Shown in pieces: positions 1 to 8,038 of a stretch of 40,000 nt of DNA; within the stretch, counting starts at the first letter, position 1, and every line of letters starts with the position of its first letter. This DNA is from CrAssphage sp. C0531BW4. Under the pieces are notes generated by a model that saw nothing but the letters and a program-made list of their open reading frames with translations, had not been told where the DNA came from and made no database searches. The position numbers and the translations under genes were made by a program. The DNA lies in sequence record MW067003.1. One strand, written 5' to 3'.

Positions 1-471
1 TGGAATAACAGACATTTCAGAATCAGGACGGTCAGAATCTAAATCAATATTAATAGTTTTAAGAGGAACATCAACAGAAGCATTACTTTCAGCAATAGCT
101 ATAATAAGATGATTTTTAACATTATAAGTATATGTTCCTTTAATCTTTCCACCATTATACTTCCAATTACTATTTACTCTATAACAATTATCAGCTTGTT
201 CATTATATCTATAAATATAAGATTCATTAGAATCAGTATTAACAATAAATAAAATAAGTTCAGTACTAGTTGGAATAACACCAACTATTTTAAAATTATT
301 AATACCATCTTCATGAATAGCATTGGCGATTACTTTACAATCTTCAAGTCCTTCTTCATTAACAATCATCCTATCATCATTACTCACTTTAATATTCTTA
401 GCAGCAATCAATGAATAAGGTACACAATCACCTGGATGTTTATTAAGACTAAGTTTCTTTTGTATATTCAT
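1..471 (-). CDS. Virion structural protein, N-terminal part only (truncated by window edge; not in ORF track)
   Basis: Hand-translated from ATG at 471..469: MNIQKKLSLNKHPGDCVPYSLIAAKNIKVSNDDRMIVNEEGLEDCKVIANAIHEDGINNFK..., open to coordinate 1; position after the tail/ring genes suits a large crAss-like tail structural protein. Confidence 0.7.
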   Translation of the reverse strand, partial: MNIQKKLSLNKHPGDCVPYSLIAAKNIKVSNDDRMIVNEEGLEDCKVIANAIHEDGINNFKIVGVIPTSTELILFIVNTDSNESYIYRYNEQADNCYRVNSNWKYNGGKIKGTYTYNVKNHLIIAIAESNASVDVPLKTINIDLDSDRPDSEMSVIP

Positions 472-473
472 AA

Positions 474-1370
474 TTATTTAGGAAAAGTAAAGTTATAAAA
501 GAACTCATTCCAACCACTATCATCATCACTTTGTTCATCTAATAAAATACTAGTCTTAATATCTTTCTTCATACTCTCCCATAGATAGAAAGGATTAGTT
601 CCATATTGACTAGCAGAAAGATTAAATACAGGATGTTTATATCCTCTCATAAGCATACGAGCCATACAATAATAAGTAAGACCTTGAATTAATTTACCGT
701 TAGCAGGTATAACAGGAATCTCACAATGATAATTATTACTATATTGAGTTTCAACATCTTTATAAACAACTGTTATACAAGTATCATTAAAATTAAGTTC
801 AATAGTATTACCTCCAATAAGAATATAATTATGATTTGACTTATCATATCCTCCACGGGGGGTCTGACAATGAGAATGTACTTCATGTTGGCATCTAGGA
901 CATTCAGTATTATTATGAACTGTATAAACAACAGGATTACATCCTATTTTACCAGTATCAATAACTTCTCTAGTTCTAGAACCATTAGGACAACAATCAT
1001 CGGGCATACCAAGATAGTCTTTATTAGTAGCACGCTCCGGACTTTCGTCCTCCGCTTGACCCCCCGTAGAGGATGGAGCAGATTCAGTATCATTACATCT
1101 ATACTTACTACTATCAGCTCTAGGTACTTCACAACCATTACTATCATATACTTTAAGACCGTCATCAATAAGACAACATTTACTTTTAGCTATCTTATTA
1201 ATGACGGTTAGTTTCATTTTCTTATCAACTTTACGAAGAACTTTAAGTTCATTCATAGCATCAACACACCAAGCAGGAACTCTAGGAATCCAATCACTTC
1301 CATCAGGATTGAAATCATTATCAAGTTTACCAATTATATGTTCTATCGTAATCGTTTTATTATTTGCCAT
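474..1370 (-). CDS. Hypothetical phage structural-module protein; start probably at internal Met (MANNKTITIEHIIGK) rather than the tracked start at 1490
   Basis: ORF track 474..1490; ATG at 1370..1368 lies just after the stop of the upstream gene (1375), avoiding a 115-bp overlap. Confidence 0.7.
   Translation of the reverse strand: MANNKTITIEHIIGKLDNDFNPDGSDWIPRVPAWCVDAMNELKVLRKVDKKMKLTVINKIAKSKCCLIDDGLKVYDSNGCEVPRADSSKYRCNDTESAPSSTGGQAEDESPERATNKDYLGMPDDCCPNGSRTREVIDTGKIGCNPVVYTVHNNTECPRCQHEVHSHCQTPRGGYDKSNHNYILIGGNTIELNFNDTCITVVYKDVETQYSNNYHCEIPVIPANGKLIQGLTYYCMARMLMRGYKHPVFNLSASQYGTNPFYLWESMKKDIKTSILLDEQSDDDSGWNEFFYNFTFPK
848..864 (-). repeat. Interspersed motif copy 1
   Basis: gaccccccgtggaggata (minus). 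Confidence 0.85.
1058..1075 (+). repeat. Interspersed motif copy 2
   Basis: gaccccccgtagaggatgg. Confidence 0.9.
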
Positions 1371-1374
1371 AATA

Positions 1375-2337
1375 TTAGTTTTTATATCTAGTTTTATTAC
1401 CATTATTATGTGCTCCACGTTCATACTTTTGTTGATTAACATTTCTAATATATTTAAATGGAGCATTAGGTTCTCGTTCAAGATAAACAAGAAGTTTACT
1501 TCTTAATCCCAGTTTAAGATTAAAAATATCATCAACAGTTTTACATTCAGAATTAAGTTGTTTAGCATCTTTACCACGAAGCTCTCTATTAATATAATTA
1601 GCATACTTAAATTTAATAGCACTATAACTATGAGTTCCATTATTAATAAGTTGTATTTCATAAAACTCTTTATTAGTTTTATAAACTACATAAGGAATAC
1701 CATCATATTTAAGTCCACGAATTTTATATATCTCTGCTTCTTCTTTATCATAAGGTTTAAGACCAGCATCAATAATTTCTTGTTTTTTAAGTCTAGTAGC
1801 GTTCCAATCAACATAAGTATCTCTAGGTTTATCTCTATATCTCCAGAAATTAATAACTAAATCACCAATCTCATATTTAAAATGATAAGCATAACCTTCA
1901 AGAACACATTTATGAACACCATAGCTATAATACCTATGAATATATTTTTTATAATCAGAAAGACTTAATTCAGAACGTCTTGTAGCAAGTTTAAGAGCAA
2001 CAATATAATCATTTGCTTTTTTAGCTAAATTACAATAACGCAAAAGTTGGAGAAGAACAATACGTCTTTCTCCAACTGTATAACTAAGTTGATTATTAAT
2101 TAATTGCTCTAACTTATTAATTAATTCAACATTATCATTAAGAAATTGAAACCCATATTCATTAAGATTAATTTTTAAATCATCTTTAATAACTTGATTT
2201 TTACTTTTAATATAAGCACGACAATCAGCTTTCATCTTATTTATAAGTTCAAGTTCTTTATTATATTTTGCCATATCGTCATTAGAAGTTTCAATAAACT
2301 TTTTATAATAATGACTAATATCTATATCTTTAATCAT
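1375..2337 (-). CDS. Hypothetical conserved tail/ring-region protein
   Basis: 320-aa ORF, tightly packed, crAss-like gene context. Confidence 0.65.
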   Translation of the reverse strand: MIKDIDISHYYKKFIETSNDDMAKYNKELELINKMKADCRAYIKSKNQVIKDDLKINLNEYGFQFLNDNVELINKLEQLINNQLSYTVGERRIVLLQLLRYCNLAKKANDYIVALKLATRRSELSLSDYKKYIHRYYSYGVHKCVLEGYAYHFKYEIGDLVINFWRYRDKPRDTYVDWNATRLKKQEIIDAGLKPYDKEEAEIYKIRGLKYDGIPYVVYKTNKEFYEIQLINNGTHSYSAIKFKYANYINRELRGKDAKQLNSECKTVDDIFNLKLGLRSKLLVYLEREPNAPFKYIRNVNQQKYERGAHNNGNKTRYKN

Positions 2338-2340
2338 AAT

Positions 2341-3045
2341 TTATCTAGTTACAAAATTATCAATAGGAATTTCATTTGTTTGACGAGGAACTTCAATAAG
2401 ATTACGTTTAAATACAATCTCTTTAAGAGCACCAATCATATCTTCAGGAATAAGAAATTCATCATCATCATATTTAGCTTCATCATCAATAGGATCGTAA
2501 TCTATATCTTTGGCTTTTTCAACAGTTTCAGTAGGAACAAGATAAGGAATTTCAAATGGAGATTCAATAATAATAGAACCTATATTTTGAAACCAATCTT
2601 TATTATTACTAAAGAAATAAATATAACCATTAATATAATCATAAACAGGAAGATTACACATACCTGCAAGATAATGATAAAACTTAGCACTAGCTTCTTT
2701 TGCAAAAGGTATTTCTATCCCAGTATGTCCGGTAGTTCTAATTGATTGGAAAGGTAAGTTATTAATAAGTCTAACTGGCTTTGGAACTTCTTGTTTAGTA
2801 CGTTTAATTGCAGGAAGCCCAAGATTTTGACTATTATATAAGTCACCATCAGGAACATTAATAATAGAAACACGAATACGTTGTTGCAAACCTTTATCAA
2901 CATATTTATGATTTTCATAACTTTTACGAATTAATTCATTACGACCATGAAGAATAGCATATCGAAGATTACGTCTAAGAGGAATACTATTAGGATTGCC
3001 AACAGCATGAGCAAATTCACTAACTAATTGATTAAGACTAGCCAT
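2341..3045 (-). CDS. Virion structural protein (tail/ring-like)
   Basis: 234-aa ORF (MASLNQLVSEFAHAVGNPNSIPLRRNLRYAILHGRNELIRKSY...), resembles a conserved crAss-like structural protein. Confidence 0.65.
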   Translation of the reverse strand: MASLNQLVSEFAHAVGNPNSIPLRRNLRYAILHGRNELIRKSYENHKYVDKGLQQRIRVSIINVPDGDLYNSQNLGLPAIKRTKQEVPKPVRLINNLPFQSIRTTGHTGIEIPFAKEASAKFYHYLAGMCNLPVYDYINGYIYFFSNNKDWFQNIGSIIIESPFEIPYLVPTETVEKAKDIDYDPIDDEAKYDDDEFLIPEDMIGALKEIVFKRNLIEVPRQTNEIPIDNFVTR

Positions 3046-3046
3046 G

Positions 3047-3328
3047 TTAAGATTGACTTGCGTTTTCTAATTGATGAACTCTTTGTTCAAGTTCATTAAT
3101 CTTATTAAAATATGTTTCAACTTTAGTTTTAAGTTCATTAACTGTTTCAGCTAATTCGTTATGTTTTTGTGTTATAACTTTAACATCTTGTTCAAGTTCA
3201 GTATTATTAGTATAATCAACAATAGAATTTAATAATTCAATTAATAAGTTTCTATCTTTATTAGATATATCACTATTTAAACAGCATATAGTTCTAATAA
3301 TATCATCTTTAAGTTTATCTTTAGTCAT
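3047..3328 (-). CDS. Small coiled-coil protein directly downstream of the RT
   Basis: 93-aa ORF with heptad-like C-terminal half (VITQKHNELAETVNELKTKVETYFNKINELEQRVHQLE). Confidence 0.65.
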   Translation of the reverse strand: MTKDKLKDDIIRTICCLNSDISNKDRNLLIELLNSIVDYTNNTELEQDVKVITQKHNELAETVNELKTKVETYFNKINELEQRVHQLENASQS

Positions 3329-3334
3329 AATATA

Positions 3335-4630
3335 TTATATTTGAGGTTTAATATTTTCTTTTCTATTTTTAGTATAAATACGCCAATCATATTTAGTAAT
3401 TTTAAAATTAATAGGAAAATGATTAAGTCTATGTATAGAATAAAATAGAGTTTTATCTCTACTATCAGCGTAATAAGCTTTACCATTTCTAATAAAATTA
3501 ATTCTAAAATACTTAGCATAATTAATAATTTGAATTATTCTAACGTATTTACCATAATATTTAGTAATATTAGTTCTTTTACCATTCCAATTAGAATATC
3601 TGACACCTGTAAGACTTTGAATTTTATAAAGAAGATTTTTAGCATCAGCGTGTTTAAGCCATCCATAATAAGCACACATTCTAACTTTAAATTCTTTTTT
3701 ATCAATTTCTCTGTTTAAATAACTATTTACCAGTCTTATAATTTTATATTTAATAGATTTTCTAATTAGAGTATGAGTATGATAAAATACATAGCCAACA
3801 AAATTAATTCCTCTACTATCAACAGGATATATTTGATAATTATCTTTAACTTTTAATCCAATAGTATGAACATATAATTTAATATAAATAAGAACTTTAT
3901 GAAGAAAATCTTTATCATGACTTAAAATAACTATATCATCAGCATAACGATAATAGAATTTACATTTAAGTTCTTCTTTACATAAATGGTCAAGTTCACT
4001 AAGATAAAGATTAGCAAAGTATTGAGATAGATAATTACCAATAGGAACTCCAATTCCAATCTTATTAGTTAATTTAGAAGAAATATCACGAACATTATCA
4101 GTAGAATCAATAATTTCATCAAGAATTATTAGAAAATCTTTATCTTTAATCTTTTTTCTAATACATTCTTTAAGACCATCATGAGGAATACTAGGATAAA
4201 ATTTTCTAATATCTAATTTAAGACAATATTTAGTTTCATTAGGATATTTCCTTAAATCTCTTTTAAGATTACTTGCACAAAGATGAATACCTCTACTTTC
4301 AATACAACTATATGTATTATGAATAAAACTTTTTGTCCAAATATCTTTTACAACATTCATTATAGCATGATGAGCAATTCTATCTGGATAATAAGGAAGT
4401 CTATAAATAATACGTTCTTTTGGTTCATATATTTTATATAGACTATATTTAGAAGTTTTATATTTAAGATTAAATAGTTTATCTACTAAATCTTCATTTT
4501 CATACTGTCTATTTTTATCATGTTTATTAATACCATATTTCTTATTCTTATTCTTTCTTGCATTATCATCAGCAACTTCAATATTTTCAATAGTACATAG
4601 TTTATCATGTAAACCACTATATCTTTTCAT
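3335..4630 (-). CDS. Reverse transcriptase, DGR type
   Basis: 431 aa with YADD catalytic box (FYYRYADDIVIL), GVPIGNYLSQYFANLYLSELD motif-4 region (IG...SQ as in DGR RTs), CLKLDIRKFYPSI motif; adjacent TR/VR pair. Confidence 0.95.
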   Translation of the reverse strand: MKRYSGLHDKLCTIENIEVADDNARKNKNKKYGINKHDKNRQYENEDLVDKLFNLKYKTSKYSLYKIYEPKERIIYRLPYYPDRIAHHAIMNVVKDIWTKSFIHNTYSCIESRGIHLCASNLKRDLRKYPNETKYCLKLDIRKFYPSIPHDGLKECIRKKIKDKDFLIILDEIIDSTDNVRDISSKLTNKIGIGVPIGNYLSQYFANLYLSELDHLCKEELKCKFYYRYADDIVILSHDKDFLHKVLIYIKLYVHTIGLKVKDNYQIYPVDSRGINFVGYVFYHTHTLIRKSIKYKIIRLVNSYLNREIDKKEFKVRMCAYYGWLKHADAKNLLYKIQSLTGVRYSNWNGKRTNITKYYGKYVRIIQIINYAKYFRINFIRNGKAYYADSRDKTLFYSIHRLNHFPINFKITKYDWRIYTKNRKENIKPQI

Positions 4631-4780
4631 ATTTATATAATTTATATAAGAGCCTTCGTGAATATCACTACCAACACTTTTAGTTTCTAAATAACGTTAT
4701 CTTTTACCAAGAGGTAAGGTTATACTTCCCAAAATAATATTTATATTAATATTATATTTATTAGTTTTAGGAATTATATA

Positions 4781-4885
4781 AAAGAAGCCGACATTAGCAT
4801 TAGAATCTGACTGAACTCAATTAGAATTAAAGTTACTAGAGCTAGCTTTAGAACTGTTATTAGCGTTACTGATAAGCAGAAGCAC
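4781..4885 (-). repeat. DGR template repeat (TR)
   Basis: 105 bp matching 5051..5155 at 85 positions; 18 of 20 differences fall at T on + strand = A on the TR coding (minus) strand; lies between RT and target gene. Confidence 0.95.
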
Positions 4886-4939
4886 TGTATCTAAATGTCA
4901 ATCATCTTAAGAAACATAACCTTTAATATTATTATAATA

Positions 4940-5015
4940 AACTGTTGTAGGAGTAGTATCGAGAAATGCAAAAACAGAAAACAAATTAATTAACCAACTA
5001 CTCCTAACAACAGTT
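4940..5015 (-). other. Long inverted repeat between VR and TR (18 bp paired, one bulged base, 39-nt loop)
   Basis: 4940-4957 aactgttgtaggagtagt versus 4997-5015 actactcctaacaacagtt (reverse complement aactgttgttaggagtagt). Confidence 0.85.
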
Positions 5016-5029
5016 CCACGTGGACTTAT

Positions 5030-6490
5030 TCAATCAAGTTTAACTGTGGTAAAGAAGCCGACATCAGCATAAGAATCCGACCGAACCCAATGAGAATCAA
5101 GGTAACCAGAGCCAGCCCGAGAACCGTTATCAGCGCCACCGATAAGCCGAAGCACACGAACAGCTTTATCTGTATCTTGTCCATCATTACCTCTTTTCCA
5201 ATTATAGTCAGCTTTTTTATTAGTTCCAACTTTATTAGGAACAAAATAAGGACCAAATCTAAAATCAAATTCAGTAATAAAATTATTAGTATTAGCTTGG
5301 TCACCTATAAAATAACATTTATCTTGAATATTATCTATTGTAATATCAGAATGATTAACACCTTTTTTAAGAATATAAACACTATTATAATTTGTATCTT
5401 TATTAATAATAGCTACATCTCTAACAAATGTCCATATATCACCAAAGAAATTTAGAATACCTCGATAAACAGCAGGATAAGTACTAAGATTACTACCATC
5501 TGTATTATAATTTCCTAGTTCATAATGGTCACCATTTGTACTACCATTACCAATATTATGTTCAGCAGTCCAATAAGTTTGTACAATAGGATTATTACCA
5601 TTAAAAGCTGTCCATCTATCCCAATTTAAATTTGTAACACCATTACCAAGTCCTCCTTGTTTAAATCCATCACTAGTTAAATTAGTATTTAATGTGGCTT
5701 GATTATCAAAATTAGCATATTCAATATAACAAAGAGCTTGTAAAGCACAATATTCAAGATAATCAATCATTGTAATCCAATCACCACGATTAGCACAAAA
5801 TTCATTAGCTTTATCATAACTAATTCCAGTTCTAGGTCTACCTTGTAATTTAATAGCAACAACAGAAGAACTTTTATTTCCTCCTAAATATCTAGCATCA
5901 TCAGGTTTAATACAAGCACTAAATACTTCTTCTTTACCATCTTCTCTAGTTCTAGTCATAGTTTTAGTATGACTTATAATAAAAGGATGAACTCTAGTAA
6001 ATGTTCCATCAATATTAAAATCACTTATCCAAAGTTGATATTTAGTACCAGTATCTTTAACGCACATATAAAACTCTGGAACTCTTACCCCAACATCGCC
6101 ATCACTTCCATCAAGAGGAGGAATAAGACCATTTTCAAGAGGTTTAGCCCAACCCGTAGGATTAAGGAAATAACTGATTTTCTTTTCATTATAGACACAA
6201 CCTTTAAGTCTATTTTGAATAGGAAGTTCTCTATGAAATTTAGTATTACCAATTCTGATTATATCATTATCATCTTTAGTCCATTCAATACCATAAGCAG
6301 CATTTTCAAAAGTAGGAATAAATGCAGCAGAACCCCAAGCTGGATTACCTTGTTCATTAATAATTAAACTATCTCCTTTAGATACTCCATCTAAATTAGG
6401 TAAATGTTTAAGTCCTTCTGCAAGTTCATTTAGTATATGCTTGTTAAATCTTAACAAGCCATTATACATCTCTACTAAATTAAAATTCAT
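5030..6490 (-). CDS. DGR target protein; C-terminal lectin-like/formylglycine-generating-enzyme-like variable domain, probable receptor-binding tail protein
   Basis: 486 aa; VR covers the final ~35 codons before FFTTVKLD-stop; C-terminal region with WDRW, WTAEHN, FGDIWTFVRD, VRVLRLIGG typical of DGR target folds. Confidence 0.9.
   Translation of the reverse strand: MNFNLVEMYNGLLRFNKHILNELAEGLKHLPNLDGVSKGDSLIINEQGNPAWGSAAFIPTFENAAYGIEWTKDDNDIIRIGNTKFHRELPIQNRLKGCVYNEKKISYFLNPTGWAKPLENGLIPPLDGSDGDVGVRVPEFYMCVKDTGTKYQLWISDFNIDGTFTRVHPFIISHTKTMTRTREDGKEEVFSACIKPDDARYLGGNKSSSVVAIKLQGRPRTGISYDKANEFCANRGDWITMIDYLEYCALQALCYIEYANFDNQATLNTNLTSDGFKQGGLGNGVTNLNWDRWTAFNGNNPIVQTYWTAEHNIGNGSTNGDHYELGNYNTDGSNLSTYPAVYRGILNFFGDIWTFVRDVAIINKDTNYNSVYILKKGVNHSDITIDNIQDKCYFIGDQANTNNFITEFDFRFGPYFVPNKVGTNKKADYNWKRGNDGQDTDKAVRVLRLIGGADNGSRAGSGYLDSHWVRSDSYADVGFFTTVKLD
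5051..5155 (-). repeat. DGR variable repeat (VR) at 3' end of target gene
   Basis: Paired with TR 4781..4885; encodes VLRLIGGADNGSRAGSGYLDSHWVRSDSYADVGFF. Confidence 0.95.
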
Positions 6491-6491
6491 A

Positions 6492-7007
6492 TTAGGCTTG
6501 TTCTAGAGCATCAACTCGACCATCAAGAGAATTAATATTACTAGTATTTCGATTAACTTGAGTTACAAGTCCTTGAAGAGCAGTAATTATAGCATCGTTT
6601 TTAGTATCATTACTAGCTTTCATAGTATTAATCGCAGCAACTATATCTGTATTTGCTTTATTAATAGTAGAATTAACAGTATCAAGTTTATTACCAATAG
6701 TAGTTTTCATACTATCAACAGCAGCTTTAATACTATCTAATTTAGCATCAATTTTATCAAAACGATTATTAAGAAGAGTTTGAGTTTCATCTGATTCACT
6801 TTTATGTTGATTTTCAAACTCATCAAATTCAGCTTTAACCATGTCATGTAATTCAGTAATCTTTTGACTAATCTCATCAAGATTAACTATAACATTATTT
6901 TCTCCAAGCTCATCATGTTCTTTATTACCAGAAATACTAAGTTTAAGATTATTAATAAGTTTATTAATAGCATCTAACTTATAATTAACTCTTTTATCAT
7001 CTTCCAT
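6492..7007 (-). CDS. Coiled-coil tail/fibre-associated protein
   Basis: 171 aa with repeated heptads (NNRFDKIDAKLDSIKAAVDSMKTTIGNKLDTVNSTI...NRNTSNINSLDGRVDALEQA), directly upstream of DGR target. Confidence 0.7.
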   Translation of the reverse strand: MEDDKRVNYKLDAINKLINNLKLSISGNKEHDELGENNVIVNLDEISQKITELHDMVKAEFDEFENQHKSESDETQTLLNNRFDKIDAKLDSIKAAVDSMKTTIGNKLDTVNSTINKANTDIVAAINTMKASNDTKNDAIITALQGLVTQVNRNTSNINSLDGRVDALEQA

Positions 7008-7088
7008 ATCTTTAGAATTTAGTTTGTTACAAATATAAATTATATTATTAATAACAAGTAGTTTAACAATATTATTAACATTTTTTAA

Positions 7089-7430
7089 TTAAACAGTTTT
7101 AGAACTATTAATACCTAGATATTTAGTCCAAGTATAATGTTTACGTTTATTAATATAATTAAGATTATCATCATTAATATGAGCTTCTTCTTCAAAACTT
7201 ACATCTTTATAAGCATCATGTTGTTTAATATGAAATAGTCTTATAATAAGATATTCAATACCATACCATATATAGAAAAAGATATATAACATCTCTTTCA
7301 TTTGTTCTGTATGAATAGCTTCATGATTAAGTTCTTTATTACTTAATTCTCCTTTAGTAAATATAATACCAAAAAGATTAATAGCTTTATAACCATTAAA
7401 AGGAAAATGTTTAGTCTTAATAACTCTCAT
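7089..7430 (-). CDS. Small HExxH protein, possible zinc metallopeptidase; start likely the internal Met (MRVIKTKHFPF) at 7430, tracked ORF extends to 7487
   Basis: Contains HEAIHTEQMKE (HExxH) plus downstream DVSFEEEAH; next to holin-like gene. Confidence 0.6.
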   Translation of the reverse strand: MRVIKTKHFPFNGYKAINLFGIIFTKGELSNKELNHEAIHTEQMKEMLYIFFYIWYGIEYLIIRLFHIKQHDAYKDVSFEEEAHINDDNLNYINKRKHYTWTKYLGINSSKTV

Positions 7431-7551
7431 AACTTTACTATTTTGAAATTTAATATTGTAAATATTTATGTACGTCCATAGAGCCACTTTTTAGGCTTAT
7501 AGTAAGACTTTTATTCAATCGTGTATAACTAATCAGCTAGGCTTAAAACTA

Positions 7552-7620
7552 GCCAAATTTGGCAAGCTATACTCCCCGTAGAGGATATAGCAGGTTTGAA
7601 TTAGTCAATCAAACCTAGCT
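7552..7620. other. Structured intergenic segment with several inverted repeats
   Basis: gccaaatttggc palindrome 7552-7563; gctata/tatagc 7566-7571/7586-7591; aggtttga/tcaaacct 7592-7599/7609-7616. Confidence 0.6.
7570..7586 (+). repeat. Interspersed motif copy 3 (intergenic)
   Basis: tactccccgtagaggat. Confidence 0.9.
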
Positions 7621-7638
7621 AATCAATCTCATATAATC

Positions 7639-7968
7639 TTAACCAATAGTATTATCAATATCTTTATAACCAATTCCAAGTTTCTTTAGAATAGGACTAA
7701 CAACCCAACTCCAAAACACAGGAGCAAGAACAGCACTATTAACAAGCATAATAGCATTATCATATCCAGCAGCAATATAAATACCAGCCATAGTAGCAAT
7801 ACTTATTACTAATACACATCGTTTTTGCCAAGTAGGAACTTTATTATCACCATTAAAGTAATCAATAACTTTAATAATAATATAAGTTAGAACATTAACA
7901 ATAAACATAAATCCAAAGTCAAAATTACTAAGGATACCATCTACAATTACATCAATAAATTTGTCCAT
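7639..7968 (-). CDS. Holin-like membrane protein
   Basis: 109 aa with multiple hydrophobic spans (FMFIVNVLTYIIIKVIDYF; VLVISIATMAGIYIAAGY; LVNSAVLAPVFWSWVV). Confidence 0.6.
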   Translation of the reverse strand: MDKFIDVIVDGILSNFDFGFMFIVNVLTYIIIKVIDYFNGDNKVPTWQKRCVLVISIATMAGIYIAAGYDNAIMLVNSAVLAPVFWSWVVSPILKKLGIGYKDIDNTIG

Positions 7969-8038
7969 ACTAAAATTTAGATAAATAAAAAAGGGAACTA
8001 TCCGAAGATAATTCCCTTTTACAGTTTTACAATAATGA

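Noticed and set aside
3335-4630. Group II intron or retron as the source of the RT
   Set aside because: Adjacent adenine-biased TR/VR pair and DGR-type motif 4 (IGNYLSQ) point to a DGR; no intron domain V or msr/msd layout seen.
4940-5015. Rho-independent terminator for the DGR target gene
   Set aside because: Loop of 39 nt and no immediate U tract after the stem on the minus strand; kept as a structural element instead.
5011-5047. Short acagtt/aactgt pairing flanking the VR end as the canonical DGR hairpin
   Set aside because: Only 6 bp with a 26-nt gap, and the same arm pairs far better within the 4940-5015 inverted repeat.
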